This document shows, in pieces, positions 22,971 through 32,786 of a DNA stretch of 64,000 nt (position 1 is the stretch's first letter; the number at the start of each line of letters is the position of its first letter). Under the pieces are notes generated by a model. The model saw nothing but the letters and a program-made list of their open reading frames with translations. It had not been told where the DNA came from and made no database searches. Source of the stretch: Cyanidioschyzon merolae (taxonomy: Eukaryota). The stretch is taken from assembly GCA_000091205.1 (NCBI GenBank), contig AP006490.2; one strand, given 5' to 3'. The position numbers were made by a program, and so were the translations under genes.

Positions 22971-25900
22971 TTGCTAGCCACACATGCGTCAGAGCTTGTA
23001 TTCGAAAGCGTTTGGGTTTCAGAAGGAACTTGCTCATTGAAGCTCCACGCTCATCTGAAGATGGAAAGCAGCGAATTGGCGGACTCTGAACCCAGTGCAC
23101 AACAAGACGGCGTCGCTGCGAGCGACAGCCCAGCGTCTACCGATGGCACTCATGAGCCTCGGAGCGGCAAGTCTTCTGAACACGAAGCCCACAACTTTCC
23201 CAGAACGGGCAGCATCATGGAAGTAGAACTTGAGTTTGATTACATCGAACATCTCTTAGAAGAGAAACTGCACCGAATCTTGGAAAAACTCTGGGAGCAA
23301 CGGCGAGTTGAGCGTTCGCTCGTGACCGCTGCCACAGCACGACTCTTTGCAGCTCAAACACTTCGCAGGGTGAAGTTGGAGATTCGCGATGCGCACGGAA
23401 GCCTGCTGGGGTCTACCTCATACGTCGACTACGACAAGCAGTCTAACAAGGTACAGTTTCGTCGGCAAAAGGTGAAGTTTTTCGTGCACATCGCAGACAA
23501 GCCTACCGCTAGAGACCTCATCCGCGTGAACGTCATTGGCCGAACAACGCCGCTGAAAAGGTATTCATCGTATGTGCTGCCAATCCCGCCAGCGCTGGCG
23601 AAGCAAGCAGCAGCTAGTGAGCATGCTACCTTGGAGCACCAATCGCTTGCGGTTCGAGAGCAATACTTTGCGAGCTTGCCTGTGGATGAGAGCGCTGCCT
23701 TATCTCCAGTGCCTTTCCCCAGCAAGCTTCTTCTGGAGCATTCCAAGCGAAAACCCACGTCAAGCGCAGTGCACCAAGACGCGACACGTGGCGCATCCAC
23801 TGTGGATACTGAAGACGAGCCAGAGGCGCTGCCGAACACGCAAAATAGCACTGAGGCATCACCGCCGACGGATGCTGCTGTTGCTTCTTCCCATCATAGC
23901 TTACATTCGACTAGGATCCATTTAGGTCACTGCAGCCTGGAGCTGCATCGCCTGTGGGCACACCAGGGTAATGCGGTGTACCACGCCCTCCATGCAGCGG
24001 GGCGTCACGCACGTTTGTTGCTGCGTCGTCAGGTGCACCTGTTGCCGTTCTGCTCGCTATCATTGGCGGCACGACTCCCGACCTTCCCGCACGGCAGCTA
24101 CTCTATAAGGATTCATGTCCATGATGTATCGATCTTTCAGTCAGGTCCGAAGGCTTTCACATCTATGAATCCAGTCGTTCACGTGTACGCTCTGGGCGAT
24201 ACCCAGCACACGCAGGTGTGTCGCTGGTCATTCACTGCAATCTTCGACCGAATGTTGTTCTTCAGCAAGACGCTGGGTCAAGAGCAGATCCGCGATGAAG
24301 TGATCACACTGGCTGTGTGGAACTGGAACTTTTGGCGACCTTCGCAGCTTATCGGCTCCTATAGCTTTGATTTCTTAGCCTTGTGGAACCAGAAAGATCA
24401 CTGTTTCAGAGAGCGGTGGCTTCCTCTCACCAATACGACTGGCAATGAGGACGATCTTGTTGGTTATATTCGCATCTCTGCTGTTGTCTACGGACCAGGT
24501 ATCATGCCGGTTGCAGAGCACTCGACACACGCAGCACGTACAACTGCAGCCGCTCCTCGTTTGCTCAAGAATCTGGTCATTCAGCGCCCGAGCTTATTGA
24601 TAGAGCGCTGGAGACTGTATATTGCGATTCTGGGTATCGAGCTGGCGCCATCGACGCCAGAGGCGGCTCTCAATGCCTCAGAGGCATCGCATACGCCAGC
24701 TGGCACCAACGAGAAAAGCTCCAAGCTGACGAGACATCGGGCGAGCCAAGCACGCCTCCTATCGAGAAGGTCAGAGGCCGGGGAGTCCAATGGGAAGCAA
24801 GTATACTGTGAAATTGTTTTTGCGGGACGCGAGAAAAAAGCCGTTATCGCGTCCGAAGTTGTGCGCGTTGGGTTCGGCAAGGAAACGAGTTTGTCCATGG
24901 GATTCTGTCTCCCGATCTCGCTTACCAATCACGAGGAGGCCAATTTTGAGGACATCTTACTGCGGCTGCGAGAATCTCCCAGCAGTCGCCTCATAGCGGA
25001 TGTTCATTTGCCCTTGAGCGGCTTGCTGCAGCGGGGATGTACCGCAAGCATCCAGTATCGCGATCAAACGCAGCTGAGTCTAACTGCAGATACAGAGATG
25101 CACCATCACCGCACAAGTGCCGCGAGTTCGCACTTGGGTCATCGCACCCACGGCGAATCCACGACCAAGCTGGAGCGTTTGTTCCGTATCGTGCATTGGC
25201 TGGAGCAACTTGTCCACAGTCACCTGCTCCACCAGCACAAGCAACACGGCCACATCCGCGAGCGTCGAGTGTTTGAGATGCGGCCGCACTACATCCATCT
25301 GAATGCGTCTCCCACGAAGTATGTGGGGAGAATTCTGCTCGCTGCCCGAATGTGGCCGCATTCGCCCCATTGCAAAGCGATCCCGCTGTGGTACCAGCGG
25401 CTGAACTGGGCTGAGCTGTTCACGGCCAGTCAGCGGGCCCCGCATCGTCTCCAGTACACGCTGTATGTGAGACTGCAGCGCATCACAGAGCTCCCACTGC
25501 CGGATTCCAGCTTGGTTCGGGTGTACCTGAAGATCGGCGACCGCCTCATTGCCCAGACTGACTTGGCTCCGGTGCATCATCACAGTGCGGTGACGGGGGC
25601 GCTGCTTCCGGTACCACCGGTTCAGTCGGTGACGAACCAAAAGACGCAGGCCATGAAGCTGGAAGTAGAGCAGGACCTGCGAAATATTCCAGACTTGTTT
25701 CTGCAAGTATTCTATCGGATGGGGCACGATGCCCCAGAACGATATTTTTCGCTGTTGCGGCTGCCAGCGTCGCTGCTTCACGCTCTGCCGGATGACGGCC
25801 TGTGTCGATCCTGGCTCATGGATATGCCTGTGACGGAAACGGAGGGCACTGATGTGTCCGTTGCCGGCACCGCGTATCTCTATATCTGTTTGCGGCACCA

Positions 25901-28900
25901 GGGGGATGCGCACGCTCCGACCAAAGTCACCCGAGAGCCATCCAGGTCGCGTCATTCAGGGACCAGAGAGGTGTCGTCAACGGGACCTGTGGACGGACAC
26001 AATATCTCAGCAGATACTTACTGGGTTGAGTGCAATATTCTTCGCTGCCGAAATTTACCGGCAGCGGACCCTACCGGCTTCTCGGATCCTTTTCTAGTTG
26101 TGCGCTTTGGGGCGGCGCGAGCGTTTGGCACCCGTCTCTGTCACCAGACTTGTGATCCGAGCTTTCAGGAACGACTGCTGGTGGGTCCTGTGCAGCTCAG
26201 CCGCTTCGAAGCGCTACCACCGGTGTCCGTCAAAGTCTTCGATTGGGACGATGACCCAGCCGCGTTTGATCCTAGAAAACTTGATAAGGCGGAATATCTC
26301 TGTCGTGCTGAGGTGGATCTCACAGCGTTGGACGCTTCGGAACCCACCTGGTTTGACATGTTCATCACGAACCCCTTGATTGTACATGGCGGTATGCTGG
26401 CAAGCTTCAGGCTGCTAAATTCGAGCCTAGCGAGTCCGAGCGCGCTCGAGACACGAGTTCTGCGGGATCCGCACATCCATTTGCGAGCGCATGTAGATAC
26501 TCCGACGCAGGCGCTTACATCAGGTAACAACCCGCAGTCGCCAGACCAACGAGACGGGGATATGGCGGTGCAGCGGCCGCCGCTGACGATTACACCAAAA
26601 CCTGCCGACCTGCAGTCGCAACCTAGTCGCGGACCCGCTGCCTCGTATTGGATGCTCGTGGGTCTTGTGTCCATTCACCATCTGGGTCTGGGCTGCTTTG
26701 GTCTCGATCCGAGCCGAGACTCACTCAGTTTGCGAATGTTTCTCAACTTTCGTGATGGAATGCAACGAAGCGAGCCGATCCACCTGAGTGCTGGCAGCAG
26801 CGGCAGTCTGGGCGCAGACCAGAACCATATAGGGGATGTTGTGATCCTGCGGTTGCCCCCTGATATTGGTGATCTTTCCTCACTGCATATTATACTCGAG
26901 AGCCGAGATGGTGAGCGCTTCTACGCGAGCGCGAACATCACTCCAGAGGAATTTGCAAAAAAGCATCTACTCGTCGGCGGCCTCCAGCAGTACGGCCTAG
27001 AGTATCTGGAGCAGAGGGTGCTCATGCGGCGTGCGAAACGTCAGCACGGGCCGCTTGCGGGTATGCAAGAGGCCTTGGAAACTGCCAGCAATGGAGCGCC
27101 TCAACGAAGCGGTTTCGATCTGAGCAGCTTTCGCCGACAACTCAAGCAAGTCTGGCAGCACGACGTGCGCGCATCGGGACTGGCGCTATGGGCAGCGCTT
27201 GTGAATTACCTCGTGGAGATTGCTCCTGAGATTGCACTGCGATTTGGACTGGAGGAGATGGAATTTCCGTCATCGCGCCTGACGCCGTGGCTTCTCCGTT
27301 TCTTTCGCCTCTTGCACCACCGGGGCCTCGTGACGGCCCTAGAGCATTACGAGAGATCCGTCATTGGTGGGCGCTCTAAGGGCCCCGAAAGGCCAGACCA
27401 CGCTGTTTCAGACAAGTCGGACGCACACGGCGTTCACTCGGTCTCCGATGAGCTCGAGCGAAGCCTTGAACCGCATGCCCAGTTCAGCGAGGCCCTTCTC
27501 CGACATGGCCTCGTTCGCCGCAAGAGGCGCCGGGTCAACCTGACTGCTACTGGCGAGCGCGGAATGCTTACCGGAATCAAGAAGATGCGCTTACCGCAGA
27601 TTCGGCCGAGTTTCCGAGCGGAGCCGTCGCGGAAGCCGCGGCATGCTCCGAGCACAATACATCCAGAGGCCGCCGCACTCGAACAAACAGCACCTGCTCC
27701 ATGCAGCGTCCTTGCAGCGGAAACGCCGAACTCTCCCGCCACCGAAGATGCTGAAGTTGTCGCGGAGGAGCGTTCCTTGTCAGGGGCTCAAGCGGGTCCC
27801 ACTGCGGGTACGGTAACCAGACGGTCATCGTCGACAGCGGTGTGCGCGGCTGTAAGCCCGGTGCGAAGACGCCTCCGAAGCGGCTCAGGGCATGAACGTC
27901 GAGGTGCGAGACCTCTGAGGCGAGGTCGCGTCTCCGGCCGTGCAACCGCCTCGATGCTATATCGTAGAGATGAAACCGAGCGCCGACTCAGTCTCTTGCA
28001 CCACGAGTCGAGGCGTTACAATGACCCGGTTCCGGTGGGCAAGCTGGCCCTCGACTGGCGCATCGTGCGAACCGGATACGCTGCAGTCGCTGCTGACACG
28101 AACGTGGTGACGGCACTGCAGCGCGTCGAGGATGTTTCCGATCTGGAAGCATACGCGGCAGCGTTTCGAGAGCAAATGCGACGCCGCTACGTCGAACGGA
28201 ACGACGTGGTGGTGCGCTTGCATGTATATCATGCACGCGGCCTTAGAGTACCCAGCGGAGATCCAAACATCTACCTCAAAGTGGAGCTCAACGGCGGCGA
28301 GAAGACCCTATCGACGAAGCGATCACCGGTTCGGCACTCTTTGAACCCGGACATATTCCAGTCGTTCGAGTTCACCAATGTGCGCCTGCCTGGCTCTCGC
28401 CTCACGATCCGAGTGAAGCACTTTGCCGGTCCGGACTTTGAGGTACCGAATGCCGCAGCGCTGGTGCCCAGGTATGCGACCTGGACGTTTGGCCCATTTG
28501 TCCACCGTGCGATGAGCAGGGACGTGCGCGTGGACTTGGTGCGGGCGGGAATCGGACGCGCCCTGCTCCTCGGCGAGACAGAGATCGACCTGGACCAGCG
28601 TTGGTACACGGACTTGCCGCCGTTATCTCGTCTGGAATCGCCAATGGAGACGCGGCGTCTGTTTGTGCCAGACCGTGTCATACCCCGTGGCGAGCTGACG
28701 CTACGACTTGAGCTGCTCAGCGCTGAAGAGGCAGCGAATAGACCGTTTCGTCCACTGGAACCGCTCGATCCGCACCAATACGAGCTGCGGCTGGTCATAT
28801 GGCGCGTCATAGGTTGCAAACTGGAGAGGGTCTCGGAGCCAGTCCATGGCGGCGATGTCGATGGAGCTGCGGACGGTGGGCGCACCAGGGGAACGACCGC

Positions 28901-29651
28901 GTCAGCAGCGGTCGGCACGACTCCAAGTGGCAACGCCAACGCGTCTGTGCCGTTGCAGGACCTCCAGGTGCGAGCGCAGCTCGGAAACGACACCTCTTCC
29001 GAGATTCATACCTCTGTTGTCCATAATTGCGACGATGGGTCTGCGAATTTCAATTACCGCCTCGTGTGGCGCCCGCTGCACTGGCCGGATCCAGAGCTGG
29101 TGCCACGGCTGCGACTGCACGTCTGGGACGTCCACAGTCCGTCGGGCTTCCCGCTCGTTGGTCAACTGGCGCCATCTGATCCGCAGCTGTTAGCGACTGT
29201 CACTTTAGACCTTTCTTCCATTTTCGAGGAGGCCCATCGGAACAACGGGCGAGCGCAGCGCTTCCGCCAGTGGATTATGATGCATCGAGTGGGCTCCGGG
29301 CCGGTCGCCGCATCGCCGCGCATACAGGTCTCGCTCGACCTGCTCAGCAAAGAGCAGGCCATGCAGCATCGGGCAGGCTCGCAAGTCGGTCAGAGTGGCC
29401 TCCCGGAACCGCTGCAACCGGTGCCATTTTCAGCCTTTGCGCCTCAGAGGTACATCCGCTACCGCATTGCTCGGCAGTGGCAGGATGGATTCTGGTATTT
29501 CGTGCAGGCGGTCTTGCTGGTGCCTGGCGGCATCGCTGTGCTCAAAATCCTTGCAGCGCTGCCGCTGCTGCTGTACATTGCCGGTGCGATTGTTGGGATT
29601 TTCCTGGTCTTGCGTATGCGTCGAGTCGAGCAAGAGCTCGAGGCCATGTAA
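22971..29651 (+). CDS. Ferlin-like giant protein with multiple C2 domains and a C-terminal transmembrane anchor. The likely true start is ATG 23061 (MESSELADSE).
   Basis: 2226-aa uninterrupted ORF. C2 domains at YWVECNILRCRNLPAADPTGFSDPFLVVRFG and VVRLHVYHARGLRVPSGDPNIYLKVELNGGEKTLSTKRSPVRHSLNPDIF. A ferlin C2F-like YELRLVIWRV...TSVVHNCDDGSANFNYRLVW is preceded by LELLSAEEAANRPFRPLEPLDPHQ. C-terminal TM FWYFVQAVLLVPGGIAVLKILAALPLLLYIAGAIVGIFLV. Confidence 0.7.
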   Translation: MLATHASELVFESVWVSEGTCSLKLHAHLKMESSELADSEPSAQQDGVAASDSPASTDGTHEPRSGKSSEHEAHNFPRTGSIMEVELEFDYIEHLLEEKLHRILEKLWEQRRVERSLVTAATARLFAAQTLRRVKLEIRDAHGSLLGSTSYVDYDKQSNKVQFRRQKVKFFVHIADKPTARDLIRVNVIGRTTPLKRYSSYVLPIPPALAKQAAASEHATLEHQSLAVREQYFASLPVDESAALSPVPFPSKLLLEHSKRKPTSSAVHQDATRGASTVDTEDEPEALPNTQNSTEASPPTDAAVASSHHSLHSTRIHLGHCSLELHRLWAHQGNAVYHALHAAGRHARLLLRRQVHLLPFCSLSLAARLPTFPHGSYSIRIHVHDVSIFQSGPKAFTSMNPVVHVYALGDTQHTQVCRWSFTAIFDRMLFFSKTLGQEQIRDEVITLAVWNWNFWRPSQLIGSYSFDFLALWNQKDHCFRERWLPLTNTTGNEDDLVGYIRISAVVYGPGIMPVAEHSTHAARTTAAAPRLLKNLVIQRPSLLIERWRLYIAILGIELAPSTPEAALNASEASHTPAGTNEKSSKLTRHRASQARLLSRRSEAGESNGKQVYCEIVFAGREKKAVIASEVVRVGFGKETSLSMGFCLPISLTNHEEANFEDILLRLRESPSSRLIADVHLPLSGLLQRGCTASIQYRDQTQLSLTADTEMHHHRTSAASSHLGHRTHGESTTKLERLFRIVHWLEQLVHSHLLHQHKQHGHIRERRVFEMRPHYIHLNASPTKYVGRILLAARMWPHSPHCKAIPLWYQRLNWAELFTASQRAPHRLQYTLYVRLQRITELPLPDSSLVRVYLKIGDRLIAQTDLAPVHHHSAVTGALLPVPPVQSVTNQKTQAMKLEVEQDLRNIPDLFLQVFYRMGHDAPERYFSLLRLPASLLHALPDDGLCRSWLMDMPVTETEGTDVSVAGTAYLYICLRHQGDAHAPTKVTREPSRSRHSGTREVSSTGPVDGHNISADTYWVECNILRCRNLPAADPTGFSDPFLVVRFGAARAFGTRLCHQTCDPSFQERLLVGPVQLSRFEALPPVSVKVFDWDDDPAAFDPRKLDKAEYLCRAEVDLTALDASEPTWFDMFITNPLIVHGGMLASFRLLNSSLASPSALETRVLRDPHIHLRAHVDTPTQALTSGNNPQSPDQRDGDMAVQRPPLTITPKPADLQSQPSRGPAASYWMLVGLVSIHHLGLGCFGLDPSRDSLSLRMFLNFRDGMQRSEPIHLSAGSSGSLGADQNHIGDVVILRLPPDIGDLSSLHIILESRDGERFYASANITPEEFAKKHLLVGGLQQYGLEYLEQRVLMRRAKRQHGPLAGMQEALETASNGAPQRSGFDLSSFRRQLKQVWQHDVRASGLALWAALVNYLVEIAPEIALRFGLEEMEFPSSRLTPWLLRFFRLLHHRGLVTALEHYERSVIGGRSKGPERPDHAVSDKSDAHGVHSVSDELERSLEPHAQFSEALLRHGLVRRKRRRVNLTATGERGMLTGIKKMRLPQIRPSFRAEPSRKPRHAPSTIHPEAAALEQTAPAPCSVLAAETPNSPATEDAEVVAEERSLSGAQAGPTAGTVTRRSSSTAVCAAVSPVRRRLRSGSGHERRGARPLRRGRVSGRATASMLYRRDETERRLSLLHHESRRYNDPVPVGKLALDWRIVRTGYAAVAADTNVVTALQRVEDVSDLEAYAAAFREQMRRRYVERNDVVVRLHVYHARGLRVPSGDPNIYLKVELNGGEKTLSTKRSPVRHSLNPDIFQSFEFTNVRLPGSRLTIRVKHFAGPDFEVPNAAALVPRYATWTFGPFVHRAMSRDVRVDLVRAGIGRALLLGETEIDLDQRWYTDLPPLSRLESPMETRRLFVPDRVIPRGELTLRLELLSAEEAANRPFRPLEPLDPHQYELRLVIWRVIGCKLERVSEPVHGGDVDGAADGGRTRGTTASAAVGTTPSGNANASVPLQDLQVRAQLGNDTSSEIHTSVVHNCDDGSANFNYRLVWRPLHWPDPELVPRLRLHVWDVHSPSGFPLVGQLAPSDPQLLATVTLDLSSIFEEAHRNNGRAQRFRQWIMMHRVGSGPVAASPRIQVSLDLLSKEQAMQHRAGSQVGQSGLPEPLQPVPFSAFAPQRYIRYRIARQWQDGFWYFVQAVLLVPGGIAVLKILAALPLLLYIAGAIVGIFLVLRMRRVEQELEAM

Positions 29652-30025
29652 AGCGTGCTATGTCGCAAACACCATCACTGTTATCACCAGCGGCTACGGC
29701 AGCAGCCGGCCTTCTTATACGAGTCTAAGACGCAACGGCTGCGTTGCCAGCGGATTGATATGATCCGGCTACTGGGAGAGCCTGCTACCCACGCAGCGGA
29801 GCGCTTGTTGCGAGAATCTGCATGCTTGGGCGGTACTGTCCCACGCAGCCATGTACACCAGCATCTCTACTACAACTACTTCTGATACTACGACTGCTGA
29901 GAAAGAGACCAGCGGATTCTTACTGCCTGTCCTTGTAACGACAAATGCCTGCTAGCGTTCACCATTTGCCGCCATCGCATCCATGCGTGCTGCTGTGCAC
30001 GCATCTACAGAGGCACGCATCGCTT

Positions 30026-30260
30026 AATATCTATGCACGCATATCCCGAATCATGAATAAAGTGCTGTGCTGTCTATCTATGCACGCATATCCCGAATCA
30101 TGAATAAAGTGCTGTGCTGTCTATCTATGCACGCATATCCGAATCTTGAATAAAGTGCTGTGCTGTCTATCTATGTATGTATATCCCGAATCATGAATAA
30201 AGTGCTGTGCTGTCTATCTATGCACGCATATCCCGAATCATGAATAAAGTGCTGTGCTGG
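30026..30260. repeat. Tandem repeat, ~47-bp unit x ~5, each unit containing AATAAA
   Basis: Unit atgcacgcatatcccgaatcatgaataaagtgctgtgctgtctatct is repeated head-to-tail, with one unit carrying a 1-bp deletion. It lies ~380 bp downstream of the ferlin-like stop and ~170 bp upstream of the kinase ORF. Confidence 0.9.
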
Positions 30261-30434
30261 TGGCGGAGCGCGAAAGCGGCATCCGGCATGAATCACCCAC
30301 CATAGCGCCGCATTGATGCGGGTCTACAGCACGCGAGCGCTCTGTCAAAGCGCGCAACTGAACTCGTTGAATGCCGCCGCGTCTGCGATACGCTGCGATC
30401 CACAGAACGTCTCTACTGACCATGGATTCCCGGA

Positions 30435-32786
30435 TTGCGCACTGGCGATCGGTTTGTCAAGCCATCTGCGCTGCTACGTGTCCGTGTGGCAATCGCAGCA
30501 TGGCGCAATCGGCGCGTCGCATTGCGGGTCGTGTACCGAGCGTTGGGCGCGCGATGCAAGCCGCAGCGCTTGCGGTTCATCCATCGCTGCCTGGGGCGGG
30601 GCGAGTCTCGAGCGGAGACTAGTGCTCCGCGGAAGTGCGGGTTTTCTCAGGCGCTTTGTTCATGGGTACAAGGCGTGTTTCCATTGACTGGCACGTCACG
30701 CACTGAAGTCCACATGTCGTATGGAGGACACGAAAGCTCTCTGCAGAAGAGGGCGTGGTCTGCTAGAACGCGCTCGACGCCGACTGCAGACGGGGCGAGC
30801 ACCTCTGCCTCCGCTGGTGCGCGTCAGCGGAAGCCGCTGCTGGAGCTCCTAACCACCGATATTTTACGCACGTACCGACGAGTATCTTCCGTATTCGAGT
30901 ACGATCCGAAGCTGAATCCTCGAAGAACTTTGACGAGGCCAGACCAGCCGCGGTTTAACAACGGCTACGATAATGAGAATCACGACTTCATTCTCCGTGT
31001 GCATGATGCTATTCGCTCCCCGAACGGGGACGTTTACGAAGTGCTGGACCTGCTTGGTGTGGGCACTTTTGGACAGGTAGTGAAATGCTTAGAACTGGGC
31101 AGCAGCCGGACGGTGGCTCTCAAGGTGGTGAAAAACCAAGAGGCATACCTGCGACAGGCCCTCATGGAAGTCTACGTGTTGCAGATGCTCCATCGCACTT
31201 TTCCTGCGGAACGCGTCCGCCACGTGGTTAAGTTACTGCAGCACTTTCAGTTTCACCATCATCTATGCCTCGTCTTGGAGAAGCTGGGAATGTCCTTGTT
31301 TGATCTTTTGAAACAGAATCGATTTCGAGGCTTGGGCCTCCTCATTGTTCGTTCCGTGCTGCAGCAGTTGCTTCCGACGTTGGATCTGCTCGCGCAAGCG
31401 GGAATCATCCACTGCGATTTGAAGCCTGAGAACCTGCTCCTCTGCCGAAACGATGGTGTGGAGGTGAAACTCATCGACTTTGGCTCGGCGTGCCAGGAAA
31501 ATCACGTCATATATTCGTACGTCCAGTCGCGTTTCTATCGCTCACCCGAGGTGATCCTGGGACTGCCCTACGGAACGAAGATCGATATTTGGTCTCTGGG
31601 CTGTATCGTTGGGGAACTGTTTTTGGGTTTGCCACTGTTTCCGGGCCACGACGACGAAAACATGATTCAGCGAATGGTGGACATGCTTGGTATGCCGCCG
31701 GCGTGGATGATTCAAAGCGGCAAGCAGAGCCATCGCTTCTTTCACAACGGGCATCTTCGCGGTCTGACTTCGGACGCGCTGACAGGGCAGGGGCCTGTAC
31801 CCTGGAAACAGTACTTTAAGCACCGGAAACTGGAGGATATCATTGTGAAGAGCCCCATGAAACCAAACACGGATGAGCGCGAGGAACTGGCACAGCGGCG
31901 CGCACTGCTCAGCCTCTTGCGCGGAATGTTGGAGTGGGATCCTGGTCGGCGTTGGACGAGCACCGAATGCATGCTGCATCCGTTTCTGAGTGGACGCGGC
32001 ATGATGGACCAGGAGACATGGTTGCCTCCGCGCCTTCGATCGCCGAACATGGGCCTTCGTTTCCACACCCGCGATCTTGCAACCTATGGCGATGAGGCAG
32101 CGGAGGATGCACGGGCACTGGCTTCAGCATCATCAGCAGCACATGGTAGCTCGAAAGCGCAGCTACCTCCGGCGTACGTGCTGTCCACAAGCGCACCAGC
32201 ATTCGCTCTGCACGAGCGTGCCGGTGACGAGGCGGCTTCGCTGCCTGCTGCAGCCTCCGATGCCACCGCCAGGGAGCAGCGCACGCGCAGACTCGCACGA
32301 CCCCGCCAGGACAGCTCCATGATGCAATCGCTCAGTGCGACACTGGAGCAGGCGCTGCAAACCGTCCAAGATTGTCAGCGAATGGAGCGCACGCCCCAGC
32401 AGTCGAACGCTCAATGCTCCATCGCCTCCGGTGCGAGCCGCACATTCGTCGAGGGCAATCCAATGCTTGCCAGTTCGCCTGGTATGCTGGCAGACATTGC
32501 TGCATGCACATCGAGCGCGCTGTACGATGCCGCATGGAATCCATTCGCCATTGAGGAGGCGGTAGAGCCCACGAACGCCTACATGTTGGGTGACGCTTCA
32601 TCCAACATGCCGCACGATCCTGAGATTCCCGAAGACGATGCAGATATCGTGCCACCCGCTGTACCAAAGGCACCGACCACGGCTCTGGACTCAGGCGCTG
32701 TGGCTGCGGCGAGCGCACCAGAGCCGGGCGGTTTAGCGAGCAATGTCCGAATATGGCCGTTTGCGGGCCAAGGACGCGGCCACTAA
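30435..32786 (+). CDS. DYRK-family dual-specificity protein kinase. The start may be ATG 30714.
   Basis: LGVGTFGQVVKC...ALKVVKN...HCDLKPENLLL...DFGSAC...YVQSRFYRSPEVILGLPY...DIWSLGCIVGELFLGLPLFPG are DYRK/YAK hallmarks, including the activation-loop Y-x-Y and DYRK-specific motifs. Confidence 0.8.
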   Translation: MRTGDRFVKPSALLRVRVAIAAWRNRRVALRVVYRALGARCKPQRLRFIHRCLGRGESRAETSAPRKCGFSQALCSWVQGVFPLTGTSRTEVHMSYGGHESSLQKRAWSARTRSTPTADGASTSASAGARQRKPLLELLTTDILRTYRRVSSVFEYDPKLNPRRTLTRPDQPRFNNGYDNENHDFILRVHDAIRSPNGDVYEVLDLLGVGTFGQVVKCLELGSSRTVALKVVKNQEAYLRQALMEVYVLQMLHRTFPAERVRHVVKLLQHFQFHHHLCLVLEKLGMSLFDLLKQNRFRGLGLLIVRSVLQQLLPTLDLLAQAGIIHCDLKPENLLLCRNDGVEVKLIDFGSACQENHVIYSYVQSRFYRSPEVILGLPYGTKIDIWSLGCIVGELFLGLPLFPGHDDENMIQRMVDMLGMPPAWMIQSGKQSHRFFHNGHLRGLTSDALTGQGPVPWKQYFKHRKLEDIIVKSPMKPNTDEREELAQRRALLSLLRGMLEWDPGRRWTSTECMLHPFLSGRGMMDQETWLPPRLRSPNMGLRFHTRDLATYGDEAAEDARALASASSAAHGSSKAQLPPAYVLSTSAPAFALHERAGDEAASLPAAASDATAREQRTRRLARPRQDSSMMQSLSATLEQALQTVQDCQRMERTPQQSNAQCSIASGASRTFVEGNPMLASSPGMLADIAACTSSALYDAAWNPFAIEEAVEPTNAYMLGDASSNMPHDPEIPEDDADIVPPAVPKAPTTALDSGAVAAASAPEPGGLASNVRIWPFAGQGRGH

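Noticed and set aside
30026-30260. The 47-bp tandem array as a CRISPR array
   Set aside because: This is a eukaryotic context. The units are contiguous with no unique spacers, and no cas genes are present. It is a minisatellite.
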